DNA of 64,000 bases from Polyangiaceae bacterium (GTDB lineage Bacteria > Myxococcota_A > Polyangia > Polyangiales > Polyangiaceae), in assembly GCA_044376115.1 (NCBI GenBank), contig JBILLK010000022.1, positions 96,001 through 160,000 of the forward strand, written 5' to 3'. The position numbers and the translations under genes were made by a program. Of the stretch, positions 47,511-57,422 are shown piece after piece. Numbering within the stretch: the first letter of the stretch is position 1; the number at the start of each line of letters is the position of its first letter. The notes under the pieces were generated by a model. The model ran no database searches. It was not told the origin of the DNA and saw only the letters and a list, made by a program, of their open reading frames with translations.

Positions 47511-49445
47511 CTAGCGGACGGCTTTGGGCCCGGGGGCGCGGTCATCCCCGCGACGCAGGGTCAGACCGTCGCGATCAAAAAGTTCCAGCAGGGGAATCGC
47601 TTGTTTGCGGCCCAAGCCGGAGAGTTCTTTGAACTCGGCGATGGTCAACACCGGCTTGTTGGCAAAATGCTCGACCAACCGGCTGCGCAAGCTGGCCACG
47701 GCGCGCGCGTCGAACCACTGCTCCCCGACGGTGACCACCAGCCCCTCTTTCACCAGGCGCGAAAGGATCGTGCGCAGCTCTTTGGGCGTCAGCCGCGAAC
47801 CCTCGACCAACGCAAACTCGCCCATGCCTTTGAGACCCACGTCGGCGAGCAAGCGCACCACCTCTCCGGTGGGCCCTTTCACCGCCGGCAAGGCGCCGGC
47901 CGCGAAATCGACAAGGCGCGCAATATCGCCTTCCACCACGATCGGCTCGCCAGCTCCACCTTTGCGTGCGGCCAAGCGAATGGCCTCGGCTGCGACCGAC
48001 GGCGAGCTGCGCAGGGCCAGCTTCTGCCGTAGCGTCTCGAGCTTGATCCCGCGCTCGAGCGGCGCGGCTGCGTGATGTTGCTCGGTCAGCTTGCGGGCAT
48101 TCTCGGCCAGCTTGCCGAGCGCCGCACGATCGACGAAGCCTTCATCCTTCAGCCGCACCATTTCACCGCGATCGGCCGCCTTTTCTAGCCGTTGCAAGAG
48201 CAACGCGGCTTCGACCGAAAAGCGCGCATGAAGTTCACCGCGCCCGAGCGCGCGCGGCGCGCTCTCGAGCACCAGCGCCTTCGCCACCGCGTCCGGCTCG
48301 CACGTTTGCAAGGCCAACAGCGCCGCACGACGCAGCGGCTTGCTGCGCAGCGGAGGCGGCTTGGCGTCCAGCACGATACCGCCGCCGAGCACCGCGCCGC
48401 TCGGCCCTTTGCTCTGACCCGCGCGCAACACAAACCGATCGCCCCCGGTCACCGGCAGCGGACGATCCAAACGCACGCGACCGAGCGCAGGCCGGCCCGA
48501 CTCCTCATCGGCCGGGACGAGCACTTGCAACTTGCCCGGGCTGCGCGCCGTGCCCACGTACACCTCGAGCAAGGCTCCAGGTTTGACCGTGCGCAAGAGC
48601 CGTAGCTCGGCGTCGAAGCGGCGCGTCACCGCCAAGGCAGGGTCGCTCGTGAGCACGTCACCCCGGCTCAGATCCTCGAGCGCCAGGCTAGCGAGGTTGA
48701 CCGCCACTCGCGAGGGCGCCTCCACTCGCGTCACCGAGTGATCGTGAACGTGCAGCCCGCGCACCGAGGTGGTCGCGCTTTTTTCGCCGACGATGCGGAC
48801 CTCGCTGCCCAGCGCGAGCTCCCCGCGCACCAAGGTCCCGGTGACCACCGAGCCGGCCCCTTTGATCGAGAAGGCGCGGTCGATGCAAAGATGCGGCACC
48901 TTGGTCGCGATCGGGGCGGGCAACGCCAAGAGCCGGCGGCGCACGGCTGCAACCAGGTCCGGCAGGCCTTCCCCCGTCTTCGCCGACACCAACACACACT
49001 CGTGCTCGAAGCGTTCACCCAAGAGCTCCGAGACTTCAGCGCCGGCGAGCTCGGCCAGCTCACGGTCCACCCGATCGAGCTTGGTGATCGCTACCACCAC
49101 GCGCTTGATGCCGAGGATCTCGCAAGCAGCGATGTGCTCGCACGTTTGCGGCATCACGCCTTCATCCGCGGCGACCACCAACACCACGAGCTCCATACCC
49201 ACCGCGCCGGCGATCATGGTGTGCACCAAACGCCGATGCCCCGGCACGTCCACCACGCTGGCGACCACGCCTTCGCCGAGCGGCCAGGACGCAAAGCCCA
49301 ACTCGATCGTGATCCCGCGTCGCTTCTCTTCGGGCAGACGGTCTGTATCGACCCCGGTCAGCGCCTGAACGAGGGTCGTCTTCCCGTGGTCTACGTGGCC
49401 GGCCGTCCCGACGACAAAGCGCCGCGTCGTAGTTGCAAGCGACAT
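47511..49445 (-). CDS. selB: Selenocysteine-specific translation elongation factor
   Basis: GTAGHVDHGKT, DRLPEEKRRGITIELGF, DVPGH, MPQT.EH; C-terminal LGRKQAIPLLELFD..RRGDDR winged helix. Confidence 0.95.
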   Translation of the reverse strand: MSLATTTRRFVVGTAGHVDHGKTTLVQALTGVDTDRLPEEKRRGITIELGFASWPLGEGVVASVVDVPGHRRLVHTMIAGAVGMELVVLVVAADEGVMPQTCEHIAACEILGIKRVVVAITKLDRVDRELAELAGAEVSELLGERFEHECVLVSAKTGEGLPDLVAAVRRRLLALPAPIATKVPHLCIDRAFSIKGAGSVVTGTLVRGELALGSEVRIVGEKSATTSVRGLHVHDHSVTRVEAPSRVAVNLASLALEDLSRGDVLTSDPALAVTRRFDAELRLLRTVKPGALLEVYVGTARSPGKLQVLVPADEESGRPALGRVRLDRPLPVTGGDRFVLRAGQSKGPSGAVLGGGIVLDAKPPPLRSKPLRRAALLALQTCEPDAVAKALVLESAPRALGRGELHARFSVEAALLLQRLEKAADRGEMVRLKDEGFVDRAALGKLAENARKLTEQHHAAAPLERGIKLETLRQKLALRSSPSVAAEAIRLAARKGGAGEPIVVEGDIARLVDFAAGALPAVKGPTGEVVRLLADVGLKGMGEFALVEGSRLTPKELRTILSRLVKEGLVVTVGEQWFDARAVASLRSRLVEHFANKPVLTIAEFKELSGLGRKQAIPLLELFDRDGLTLRRGDDRAPGPKAVR

Positions 49446-49570
49446 CGCGCGGCATCATCCCTCCGATCCCGCGGGTTGCCAACCAAGCTCGCCGCCCGCG
49501 CAGGTTGCCGAGTGCGGCGCGGTGTCACGCTGAGAGCGCTACGAGCGCTGCGGCCTGATACCATCACCGC

Positions 49571-50122
49571 GTGAAAACTACCTTGATAGCGCTGGCCCTC
49601 GTGCTCTTCGCTTGCGGCGAGCAGACCGGCACCTCCTCCACCAACTCGTCGGCCGCTGCGTCCGGCGCCAAAGCCGCAGGCGGCGCGCTCAAAGCCGGCG
49701 CTCCCGCTCCGGCCATCAAGCTCCAGCTCGCCGACGGCTCCAGCGTGGATCTCGCCTCGAAAAAGGGCAGCAACGTGCTCGTCTACTTCTACCCGAAGGA
49801 CGATACGCCGGGCTGTACCGTCGAAGCGCAAGGCATCCGCGACGCGTGGGCCGACTTCAAAGCTGCGGGCATCGAGGTATACGGCGTCTCCACGCAAGAC
49901 GCTGCCAGCCACACCTCCTTCAGTGAGAAGCACAACCTCCCCTTCCCCCTCGTCGTCGACGTTGGCGGTGAGGTCGCCAAAGCCTTCGGCGTTCCGCTGA
50001 AGAACGGCCTCGCCGCTCGGCAGTCCTTCTTGATCGGCAAAGACGGCAACGTCAAAGCGGTCTGGGAGAGCGTGAGCCCCGACGAGCACGCCAAAGACGT
50101 GCTGAAGGCTGCAGCACCGTGA
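49571..50122 (+). CDS. BCP/PrxQ peroxiredoxin, lipoprotein
   Basis: LFAC lipobox; YFYPKDDTPGCTVEA; no resolving Cys seen. Confidence 0.9.
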   Translation: MKTTLIALALVLFACGEQTGTSSTNSSAAASGAKAAGGALKAGAPAPAIKLQLADGSSVDLASKKGSNVLVYFYPKDDTPGCTVEAQGIRDAWADFKAAGIEVYGVSTQDAASHTSFSEKHNLPFPLVVDVGGEVAKAFGVPLKNGLAARQSFLIGKDGNVKAVWESVSPDEHAKDVLKAAAP

Positions 50123-50652
50123 GTTTGATCACCGTTACTTCGCCCCTCCACTCGCTCTCCCCCAAAGTGTGGATGGAGGGAGATACGCTGATCGCTGAGA
50201 CCTCGACGCTGAGCAAGGTCTTGCTCCTGGGAGCCTCCAAACGTCGCGTGATCGTCGATCCGCACGCCGAGACGCTCACGCTCGAGACGCGTTCACTTTG
50301 GGCGCTGCACAACTCGCAGGTCATCCCCTTCCGCGACCTGTCGCACTTCGAGTACCGCTACGGCTCCCTCGCGACCGGCTGGGACATCCTCGGCAATATC
50401 CACGATTCGCTCGAGTCCTACAGCATCTCCGCCGCCCTGAACGATCGCAGCGAGGTGTACCTCATCTCCTTTCGCGGCGCCGGCTCAGCCGAAACCGGTG
50501 CCGTCGGCGTCCTCCTCGGCGACTCCATCATCGACTACCAGGGGGGCCAAGGCTCACGATCTCTCGGCTTCATCGACGCGTTGCAAGAGCTGACCGGGCG
50601 AGGGCTATCGAAGAACGCGAAGGTCAAAAGAAAGTACGGTCCTGTTCGGTAG
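50119..50652 (+). CDS. Hypothetical protein
   Basis: GTGA overlap with the peroxiredoxin gene; continuous ORF. Confidence 0.65.
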   Translation: MSLITVTSPLHSLSPKVWMEGDTLIAETSTLSKVLLLGASKRRVIVDPHAETLTLETRSLWALHNSQVIPFRDLSHFEYRYGSLATGWDILGNIHDSLESYSISAALNDRSEVYLISFRGAGSAETGAVGVLLGDSIIDYQGGQGSRSLGFIDALQELTGRGLSKNAKVKRKYGPVR

Positions 50653-50655
50653 AAC

Positions 50656-51582
50656 CTAGCTCAACAACTTTTCCCTTCGCTCTTCGCGGCTCTGCGTCTG
50701 CTCGATCAGCGAGGCGATCCGAATCGGTCCGGCCAGCTCGCGCGCAATCACCTCCACCAAGAGAGCATCGCCGGGGTGTTCGGGCTCGCGGACCGCGAGG
50801 GCGATGCGACCGATCAGGCGGTCGCCGAGTTCGATCGTTCGCACGATGGGCGTGGGCCCCGTAGCGTCGGCGTAGGCGTCGTCATCGGCGATAAGCAAGG
50901 TGGGTTCTTCTTCCTCGAGCAGACCGAACGCAGCGCGCACCTCGTGAGCGACGCTGCCCACCATGGTTGGGCTGCAATGAACGGCCAAACGATGAGGTTG
51001 GACGGTGGAGATCGCCATCCAGCGGTAGCTGGTGATGCGTGAGATGAACTGCGAAAGCAGGTCGAACAGACGCGGGAACTCCCCGACGTTGCCGAGCGCA
51101 CGCACCTCACCTGCGACCACCGCATCAAACAGCGCCTGGTCGAGGTATTGCGCGATGCGGTCGCGCACGTCGCCCACGGCGTCGCTGGTGTCTTCCCAAA
51201 GTTGCACCGGCGTATGACCCGCGGTGAGGACGCTGCGGATCGATCGCATCAGGTCGCCCATGCGCCCGGGCAATACGTAGGCCGAAGCACCCGCACGTTC
51301 GGCCCAATAGCGATTGCGATGACCGTCAGGCCCGCGCAGGATCACCGGTACTTCGCAGGTCGTTCGCTCGGCTCCGAGCAGCCGACACAGCTGCACGCCC
51401 GAGACCTTGGGCATCCATAGATCGGCCACCACCAGCGTTGGTCGCGCGAGCAACGCGAAGCGAACGCCTTCTTCGGGATCGCGATGCTCCACGACATTGA
51501 AGCCCTGCATCCGAAGCCGCGTTCCCAGCGAGCCCATCGCATCGGATGGGTCGATCAAGAGCAGCGTTCCACCGAGATTCAT
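50656..51582 (-). CDS. Response regulator receiver + GAF-like region, no output domain
   Basis: LLLIDP, VVADLWMPKVSGVQLC, VPVIL, AGASAYV. Confidence 0.75.
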   Translation of the reverse strand: MNLGGTLLLIDPSDAMGSLGTRLRMQGFNVVEHRDPEEGVRFALLARPTLVVADLWMPKVSGVQLCRLLGAERTTCEVPVILRGPDGHRNRYWAERAGASAYVLPGRMGDLMRSIRSVLTAGHTPVQLWEDTSDAVGDVRDRIAQYLDQALFDAVVAGEVRALGNVGEFPRLFDLLSQFISRITSYRWMAISTVQPHRLAVHCSPTMVGSVAHEVRAAFGLLEEEEPTLLIADDDAYADATGPTPIVRTIELGDRLIGRIALAVREPEHPGDALLVEVIARELAGPIRIASLIEQTQSREERREKLLS

Positions 51583-51674
51583 ACCGTGCGCCCTCCCCCG
51601 CAAGGGATGCGCCCTAGCCGACGACTTCCCAGTGCACAGGAGGAAACGGCTCGACCCGGTACGGGCTTAACGGC

Positions 51675-53249
51675 CTAGTCGGCTGCGTCTTTTGCCGGTT
51701 CGGCGTCTTCAGGCGTTGCCTCGGCTTCAGCCTCCGGCTCCTTTTCCGGCGAAGCCGGCTTGGCTTTCGGCGGATCGGCGACGGGCGCGGGCGCGGCGGC
51801 AGGCGCTCGTTCGTAGGTGTAGGTGAAGCCAGCGCCGATGATATCGAGATGCCAGCTGTAAAGGCCGCCGTTGATGGTGTTGGCGGTGTCGGAGGCGTTG
51901 GCCTGCACCGGAACGACCTGCGCCAAACGTGCTTCCTCAGGAGCCGTCTCCACGGTCTGGATGAATTGGTGCGCGTACACAACGTCCACCCGCGCATCCC
52001 CAAAGGACACGCCGAGACCAACGCTGGGTGTGGCTTTGCCCGAGTCGAGCGTGAGCACCGACTGGTAGGCCGCAGGTACAGCGCTGGTTTCGTAGCTGAA
52101 GCCCAGCCGTGGGGTCACAGTGACCGTGTCGCTCGCGGGGATGGAGTACTCGGCGCCGATCATCCCGGCGATCGAGCTCTGGAAGCCGCGCGGAATCGTG
52201 ATCTCGGGCAGGTAGTATTCTTTGGGGAAGCCCGGCAAATTGGTGATCGCCACGCCGTCGGGCAAGACCGATATCTCGTCGTGGATGGCCCAGTACTGAA
52301 AGTCGGCGGCGACCTCTACGCGCAGGCCTTTGACGAGGTCGCGCGCCTCAACGCCGATGCGAGCTTCCCACGGCAACTCGAACTCGAGCGAAGCGTCCTC
52401 CCCGATGATCTCCGACGTGCGGTAAGGAGCGGCATCAGGCAAACGCGTCGTCAACGTGGCGGGCGCGCGAACGTAGGTCGGTAGGTGGAAGGAACCGCCG
52501 AGGCGCAGCCCTTCGTAGAACTCCCACGTCACGCCCAAGATGCCGGTGGGCGCGATGATCGGCCCCGCGGCGATCTCCGCTTCGAGATCCCACTCGGTGT
52601 CTTCGGGCGCGCAGAAAAAGCGCTCCGGCAAACAGCCGGAGAGCACCTGTCGACTGGTGAAGGTGCCCACCAAGAGCTCGAAGCCGACGCCCAAGGTCAG
52701 CTCCTTGACTGGCCGCCACGCGACATAACCGCCGAGCGAAGCGAGGATCGAGCCGTCGAGCGAGAGCAACTGATAACGCTGCGGCGCCGGTTGGCCGTCC
52801 ACCTCGCCTGGGTACGTCGGCAACACAGCGTCGGGGGCGAATACGCCCACCGCCACACGCCAATCCTCGTGAGGAACGAAGGAAACGGCCAGCGTCGGGA
52901 TTGGGATCGGAGGGGCGCTGCCCTCCACGGTGGGGAAGGTCTGTTCGTAGGTGTTGATGGTCTCGCCGGTGTTCGGATCGACCTGGCGCAAGAGCGCCTG
53001 GCGCGTGTACGACGAGCCGAAGATCAGCGCGCTGCCGTCGAAGAGAAATTGGCCGTCGGCGTCGAAGATCCCGGCGGGGTTGTAGCCGATGGCGCCGAGG
53101 TCATCGGCCCCGGCGACGAACGCACCGCCGCGCCCGAGCGGGCGAACACCGCGTTGCGCGACGTACAGCCCGCCCGCGTGTGCCTCTGTCTCAACCGCTA
53201 GCCAACCAAGAACAAGACCGCAAAGCGCGTAACGTAGACTCAAGTTCAC
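51675..53249 (-). CDS. OmpP1/FadL family outer-membrane transporter
   Basis: AGGLY..GVRPLGRGGAFVAGADD..YNPAG; RLGFSYETSAVP. Confidence 0.85.
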   Translation of the reverse strand: MNLSLRYALCGLVLGWLAVETEAHAGGLYVAQRGVRPLGRGGAFVAGADDLGAIGYNPAGIFDADGQFLFDGSALIFGSSYTRQALLRQVDPNTGETINTYEQTFPTVEGSAPPIPIPTLAVSFVPHEDWRVAVGVFAPDAVLPTYPGEVDGQPAPQRYQLLSLDGSILASLGGYVAWRPVKELTLGVGFELLVGTFTSRQVLSGCLPERFFCAPEDTEWDLEAEIAAGPIIAPTGILGVTWEFYEGLRLGGSFHLPTYVRAPATLTTRLPDAAPYRTSEIIGEDASLEFELPWEARIGVEARDLVKGLRVEVAADFQYWAIHDEISVLPDGVAITNLPGFPKEYYLPEITIPRGFQSSIAGMIGAEYSIPASDTVTVTPRLGFSYETSAVPAAYQSVLTLDSGKATPSVGLGVSFGDARVDVVYAHQFIQTVETAPEEARLAQVVPVQANASDTANTINGGLYSWHLDIIGAGFTYTYERAPAAAPAPVADPPKAKPASPEKEPEAEAEATPEDAEPAKDAAD

Positions 53250-56200
53250 GACTTCCTGCGTTTCCGAACGATCGTGTAAATCTGCTCGAGACCGCGCGTT
53301 TCACTGAGCATGAAGTCCTCGAGTACCTTCATGATCGTGCCGTAGTCGGTCGGGGCGAGCGGAGCCGTTGGATCGCTTGGGTCGATGCGATGCACCTCAG
53401 CGATCACATCGATGAAGGTCTCGATCGGTGAGAGACCAAGCTCACCGTCGACGCCCGGCACCGGCGTAACGATGTTCGCCAGCACGTGATCCATCACGTG
53501 GTACTTGTCGATGTCGTCGGTCGAGAGCGCCTTGAGCACGCCCAAGGCCGTATCCGCTGCGCCGAGTTCGGGCTGCAGCGCCACCGAGGCCGACTTCATG
53601 ATCGGCACCATCTTCTCGTCGTCGGCGAGGATTTGCATCATGTCGACCATCGAAGCGAGCGTTCCCGGCAGGGCCTCGCCGTCCTGGCTCTCGACGATGT
53701 GCTTGATGAAACGCTCGAGCGCACGCCGCGCCTTGGGATCGGCGCGCAGCTTCTCACCGAGATCGACAACCGCGGCCATCAGCGGGGAGCTGAGCGCATC
53801 CCCGACCTTCTTCGAAAGGTCCCGGCGCGCCCACGTGCACTCGGTGCCGCTCTCGCGGTTGGGGCAGTGCGCGTTCAGCTGCTCGCGTACGAGGCGTAAG
53901 GTGGTTGCGAGCAAGGGCGCCATGCCGCGCACCTTGAAGCGGGTGTTCGCGCCGGTGCCCTCGGTCGCCATCAGAACGTCGACGAGCTGCGAGCGCGCCC
54001 GTCGCCACTGGCCCTTGCGGAATTCGCCTTCCGGGTGGTTGTCGAAGGCGACGTCCATCTCATGCAGGGCGTCGGCGAACATGTTGAACGGCGTGGTTTG
54101 AGCTTGCTCGGTGCCGTCGGTCCACACGGCCTTCTTGTTGCCGTTCCAATCGGTCATGCCGACTGAAGCTGCATAGGGCTGGCTGATGAAGGCGCGCACG
54201 AGCTTCTCCATCACCTGCGGGCCTTTGAGCACGTCGCCCTTGTCCGGCCCGCGCGCCACCGTGATCGCCTGGTTGTTCGAAGCCTTGGCGAAGGCGTGGA
54301 GCGCCGGCACGATATCGGTACGCAGCGCCTTGTCGATGATCGGCTCGTAGCGATTGAGCCCCGTCCCCGCGCAGTAGGTCGGGTCTGACTTGGGCACCGA
54401 CGTGGAGCAGAAGGAGCCGTGATCTTCGCCGGGGTAATGACGCCAGAAGACGTTGGTCAGATCGAAGAACATCTTCTCGCCCGAGAGATCGTTCTTGTCG
54501 CAGAACGACGTATCGTCGCTGCAGCTGACGTTGACGAAGGCGGTCAACACCGGCTGCATGTAGGAGAGGAAGCCGCGCCGCTCCCAGGCGAAGATCGAGT
54601 TGCGACCTCGGATGCGGAAGGTCTTGTCGCTGCTGCTGCACAGCACGTCATCGCCGCATAGCGAGGTCGCGGCCGGATCCATCAGGTTGTAGATGAAGTC
54701 GTCGGTGCGCGAGCCTTCGTTGATCGAGTCGTGATCCGGCATGTTGGGGAAGGCATCGCTGCTGGCCCCGAAGAAGACGAGACGCATCAAAGCGTTGGAC
54801 GTCGGATGGGTCGTCATCCCGGTCAGGTCGCTGGACTGCTCAAACATGGCGTCCGGATCTTGAATGCCGCCAAGGAGATCCATGATGCCGTTGAGCGCGT
54901 CGCTCTTGAGCACGAACTCGGAGCGCTTGGGGTGCGTGGGGTCAACCACCGAACCCAAGAAGAACGAGCCGAGATCGTTGATCTCGAACAGCTCGCATTG
55001 GTTGTAGTCCCCGACCAGCGGCCAATCCACCGAGAGACCGAACAGGTTGGCCTTCACCACCGCGCCATCGCGATTGCAGGTCCGGGCGAAGGCCGCGTCA
55101 TGCATCAACTGCAGCGTGCGTTCGAGGTTGGAGCGGTTCTTCCCGGTGCGCGGCGCCGACCAATCCACCGGCGTCTGCGGATCGCCGTAGGAGCCGAGCG
55201 TGAGGTTTCTAGACGGACCGTTCACGTCGCCTTGATCGTAGGTGAGCTCGTCGATCGTGCTGGCGAACAGCGCCATCGTATCGCCCATGTGGTTCGACGC
55301 CCCGTTCGACGAAATCACCACCGGATCGGCCAGGCCCACCAGCAGGTCGTTCATCAGGCGAGGTTGATGCGCGATCGCCGAGATGGCCGTCGCGGCCTCA
55401 TCCCAAACCGGCACCTCGTAGGCAAGCGACGCGGGCGGCAGCGCGCCCGAAGCAGCCAGAGCGTCGTGCTCGTCGGAGATCGCCTTCACCCGCAAGGCCG
55501 CAGCGATCACGCGCGCCAACTCCGCCTCGTTGTTCTCGGCCATGTCGATCAGCGAGAGCAACATCGCGTCGGAGTCTTTGTCGGCGAGCACCTGACCCAG
55601 CGCATGAACCAAGTGCGTAATCGGTGAGTCTTCCCCGCGAAAGCGCGTGTACTCAGTGCAGCTCTCGCAGTTGGTGCCGACCGGTACCACTTGGTCCTGC
55701 TCGAAGTCGTACTCCGCCTGCTCGCGCGCTCCGAGAATGACCGGTAACGCGGCGAGCGCGTACATCAGCGTCTCGTATTCGCTCTTCCAGTTGTTCGGAT
55801 CGTCGGCGGGCGCATACTCGGTGGCATCGACCAAAGGCCCAACGATGCTAGCGACGGTCGCGGCCGGCGTGCGTGAGGTATCGACGTAGCGGTAGAGCTC
55901 GCCTTCCGGCCGACCGTACGCATCCAGCGGTCCGAGCGACGCCACGCCCGGAATGGCGAAGGGCGTATCGAGCCCGAGCAGGTTACCGCTCGCGTCGATG
56001 AAACGACCAAAGCCGTCGACGTCGGCCGAGCCGTCGCCGTTCACATCGACGAAGCCATTACCGCGCGGGATGGCGTACCCCTTGGTGTCACGGATGGCGA
56101 TGTACCGCGGGGGATCTTGCGGATTCGGCGCAAAGCGATCGTCCTCGGTCAGCATCAACTCGCGGGCGAACTCGATCGCCGTACGTTCACGGTTGGGTTG

Positions 56201-57145
56201 CGCCGTGCTGGCCGTGATCGTGAACGGCTCGAGCGTCGAAAGCTCGGTCGACATGAAGCGCATCTCTTGTTGCAACACCAGCAAGAGCCGCTTCAAGTCG
56301 ACAGACGCCGCACCCGAAGGGCCAAGCAGGCTCACCGCGTTGCGCGTGAAGTCACGCAGGTCGGGGTAGGCCATCGCGCCCTTGACCACGCCAAGCCCTA
56401 CGTTTGCAGGCCGATAGCCTTGGCGCGCCCAAATCCGCGTGAGCATGCCTTTCGCGTCGTCGTTGCTGCCCACCGCCGCGAATAGATCGCCGAGGCCGCG
56501 GGTGGCGGCCGGAGCCAGCGGCGGCTTGATGCCGCTCGGGTCGTAAGGGTTCGTCGTGTACAGCGTAGAGACGCGCTGACCGAGATCCATCATCGCCGAG
56601 AGCAGGTTGACTGTGTCGCCTTCGGCCTCGGTCGAAGGATCATCGATCTCGACGTCGGGGAAGGTCACGTTGAAGGCGCGCACCAGATCCCGCCGTCGTT
56701 TGGCGAGCGCGTTCATCTTGGCAGCGGCGATCTCCCGAGCCCGCTTGCCCTTTTCGCCTTGCGCCGGCGGCAACACCGAGGAGTCGATCTCCAACGCAAA
56801 GTCGCCGTCGGCGTCGGGGTGACAGACCGCCTGATACGACGCGCCGGTGAGGTCCTCGCGCAGCACGTCGGCACCCAGCCGATCACAAAGCACGCCGTAA
56901 AGATCGTCTCCGAAGGTCAGCTCAGCGGCGACCTTGCGCGTGGTGTCGAGCGGCTCGTGACACGCACCGAAGGCAGCAGCGCTCGCGACCGCAGCGATCG
57001 CTCGAGCAGCGCGGAAAGCCTTGGCTCCGCTTGGCAACTTCACTCCGCCTGCGGTCTTCGCTCGCTCCGATGACCTGCGCGCGATCGGCGAGCGAGAGTG
57101 ACGGTTCAGTGGCGAGGAGGTGACCGAACGACGAGGTGAAGCCAT
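53246..57145 (-). CDS. Giant (~1300 aa) hypothetical lipoprotein
   Basis: AFGAC lipobox; DVNGDGSAD loop; stop overlaps the FadL GTG. Confidence 0.75.
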   Translation of the reverse strand: MASPRRSVTSSPLNRHSRSPIARRSSERAKTAGGVKLPSGAKAFRAARAIAAVASAAAFGACHEPLDTTRKVAAELTFGDDLYGVLCDRLGADVLREDLTGASYQAVCHPDADGDFALEIDSSVLPPAQGEKGKRAREIAAAKMNALAKRRRDLVRAFNVTFPDVEIDDPSTEAEGDTVNLLSAMMDLGQRVSTLYTTNPYDPSGIKPPLAPAATRGLGDLFAAVGSNDDAKGMLTRIWARQGYRPANVGLGVVKGAMAYPDLRDFTRNAVSLLGPSGAASVDLKRLLLVLQQEMRFMSTELSTLEPFTITASTAQPNRERTAIEFARELMLTEDDRFAPNPQDPPRYIAIRDTKGYAIPRGNGFVDVNGDGSADVDGFGRFIDASGNLLGLDTPFAIPGVASLGPLDAYGRPEGELYRYVDTSRTPAATVASIVGPLVDATEYAPADDPNNWKSEYETLMYALAALPVILGAREQAEYDFEQDQVVPVGTNCESCTEYTRFRGEDSPITHLVHALGQVLADKDSDAMLLSLIDMAENNEAELARVIAAALRVKAISDEHDALAASGALPPASLAYEVPVWDEAATAISAIAHQPRLMNDLLVGLADPVVISSNGASNHMGDTMALFASTIDELTYDQGDVNGPSRNLTLGSYGDPQTPVDWSAPRTGKNRSNLERTLQLMHDAAFARTCNRDGAVVKANLFGLSVDWPLVGDYNQCELFEINDLGSFFLGSVVDPTHPKRSEFVLKSDALNGIMDLLGGIQDPDAMFEQSSDLTGMTTHPTSNALMRLVFFGASSDAFPNMPDHDSINEGSRTDDFIYNLMDPAATSLCGDDVLCSSSDKTFRIRGRNSIFAWERRGFLSYMQPVLTAFVNVSCSDDTSFCDKNDLSGEKMFFDLTNVFWRHYPGEDHGSFCSTSVPKSDPTYCAGTGLNRYEPIIDKALRTDIVPALHAFAKASNNQAITVARGPDKGDVLKGPQVMEKLVRAFISQPYAASVGMTDWNGNKKAVWTDGTEQAQTTPFNMFADALHEMDVAFDNHPEGEFRKGQWRRARSQLVDVLMATEGTGANTRFKVRGMAPLLATTLRLVREQLNAHCPNRESGTECTWARRDLSKKVGDALSSPLMAAVVDLGEKLRADPKARRALERFIKHIVESQDGEALPGTLASMVDMMQILADDEKMVPIMKSASVALQPELGAADTALGVLKALSTDDIDKYHVMDHVLANIVTPVPGVDGELGLSPIETFIDVIAEVHRIDPSDPTAPLAPTDYGTIMKVLEDFMLSETRGLEQIYTIVRKRRKS

Positions 57146-57422
57146 GCTCTAGCCAGGCTAGATGACTCGTGCCGACGTCGAAAGTGCAAGGGGCCTGCGG
57201 CCGTCGTTTCCTCAGAGGGCACGAGTCATCCTTGTTGCTGCATCCGCCTTTGGCGGAATGACTCACGCCAACTCACAAGGACAACGGCGGTTGAGCAAAA
57301 CGTTCTGGCGACCAGATCAACCAAGGGGCTCTGACGCGTCGCATCATGCCGAACAAGGCCTCGGGCCGGTTGGTACACTTTCGGCTTCGAGTTGCTGCCT
57401 CGGTCAATGCTAGGTTCGCCGC

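Noticed and set aside
47511..50122. Selenoprotein or SECIS near selB
   Set aside because: The neighbouring peroxiredoxin uses a TGT Cys; I saw no convincing in-frame UGA readthrough gene and no selA/selC/selD, though this was not an exhaustive scan
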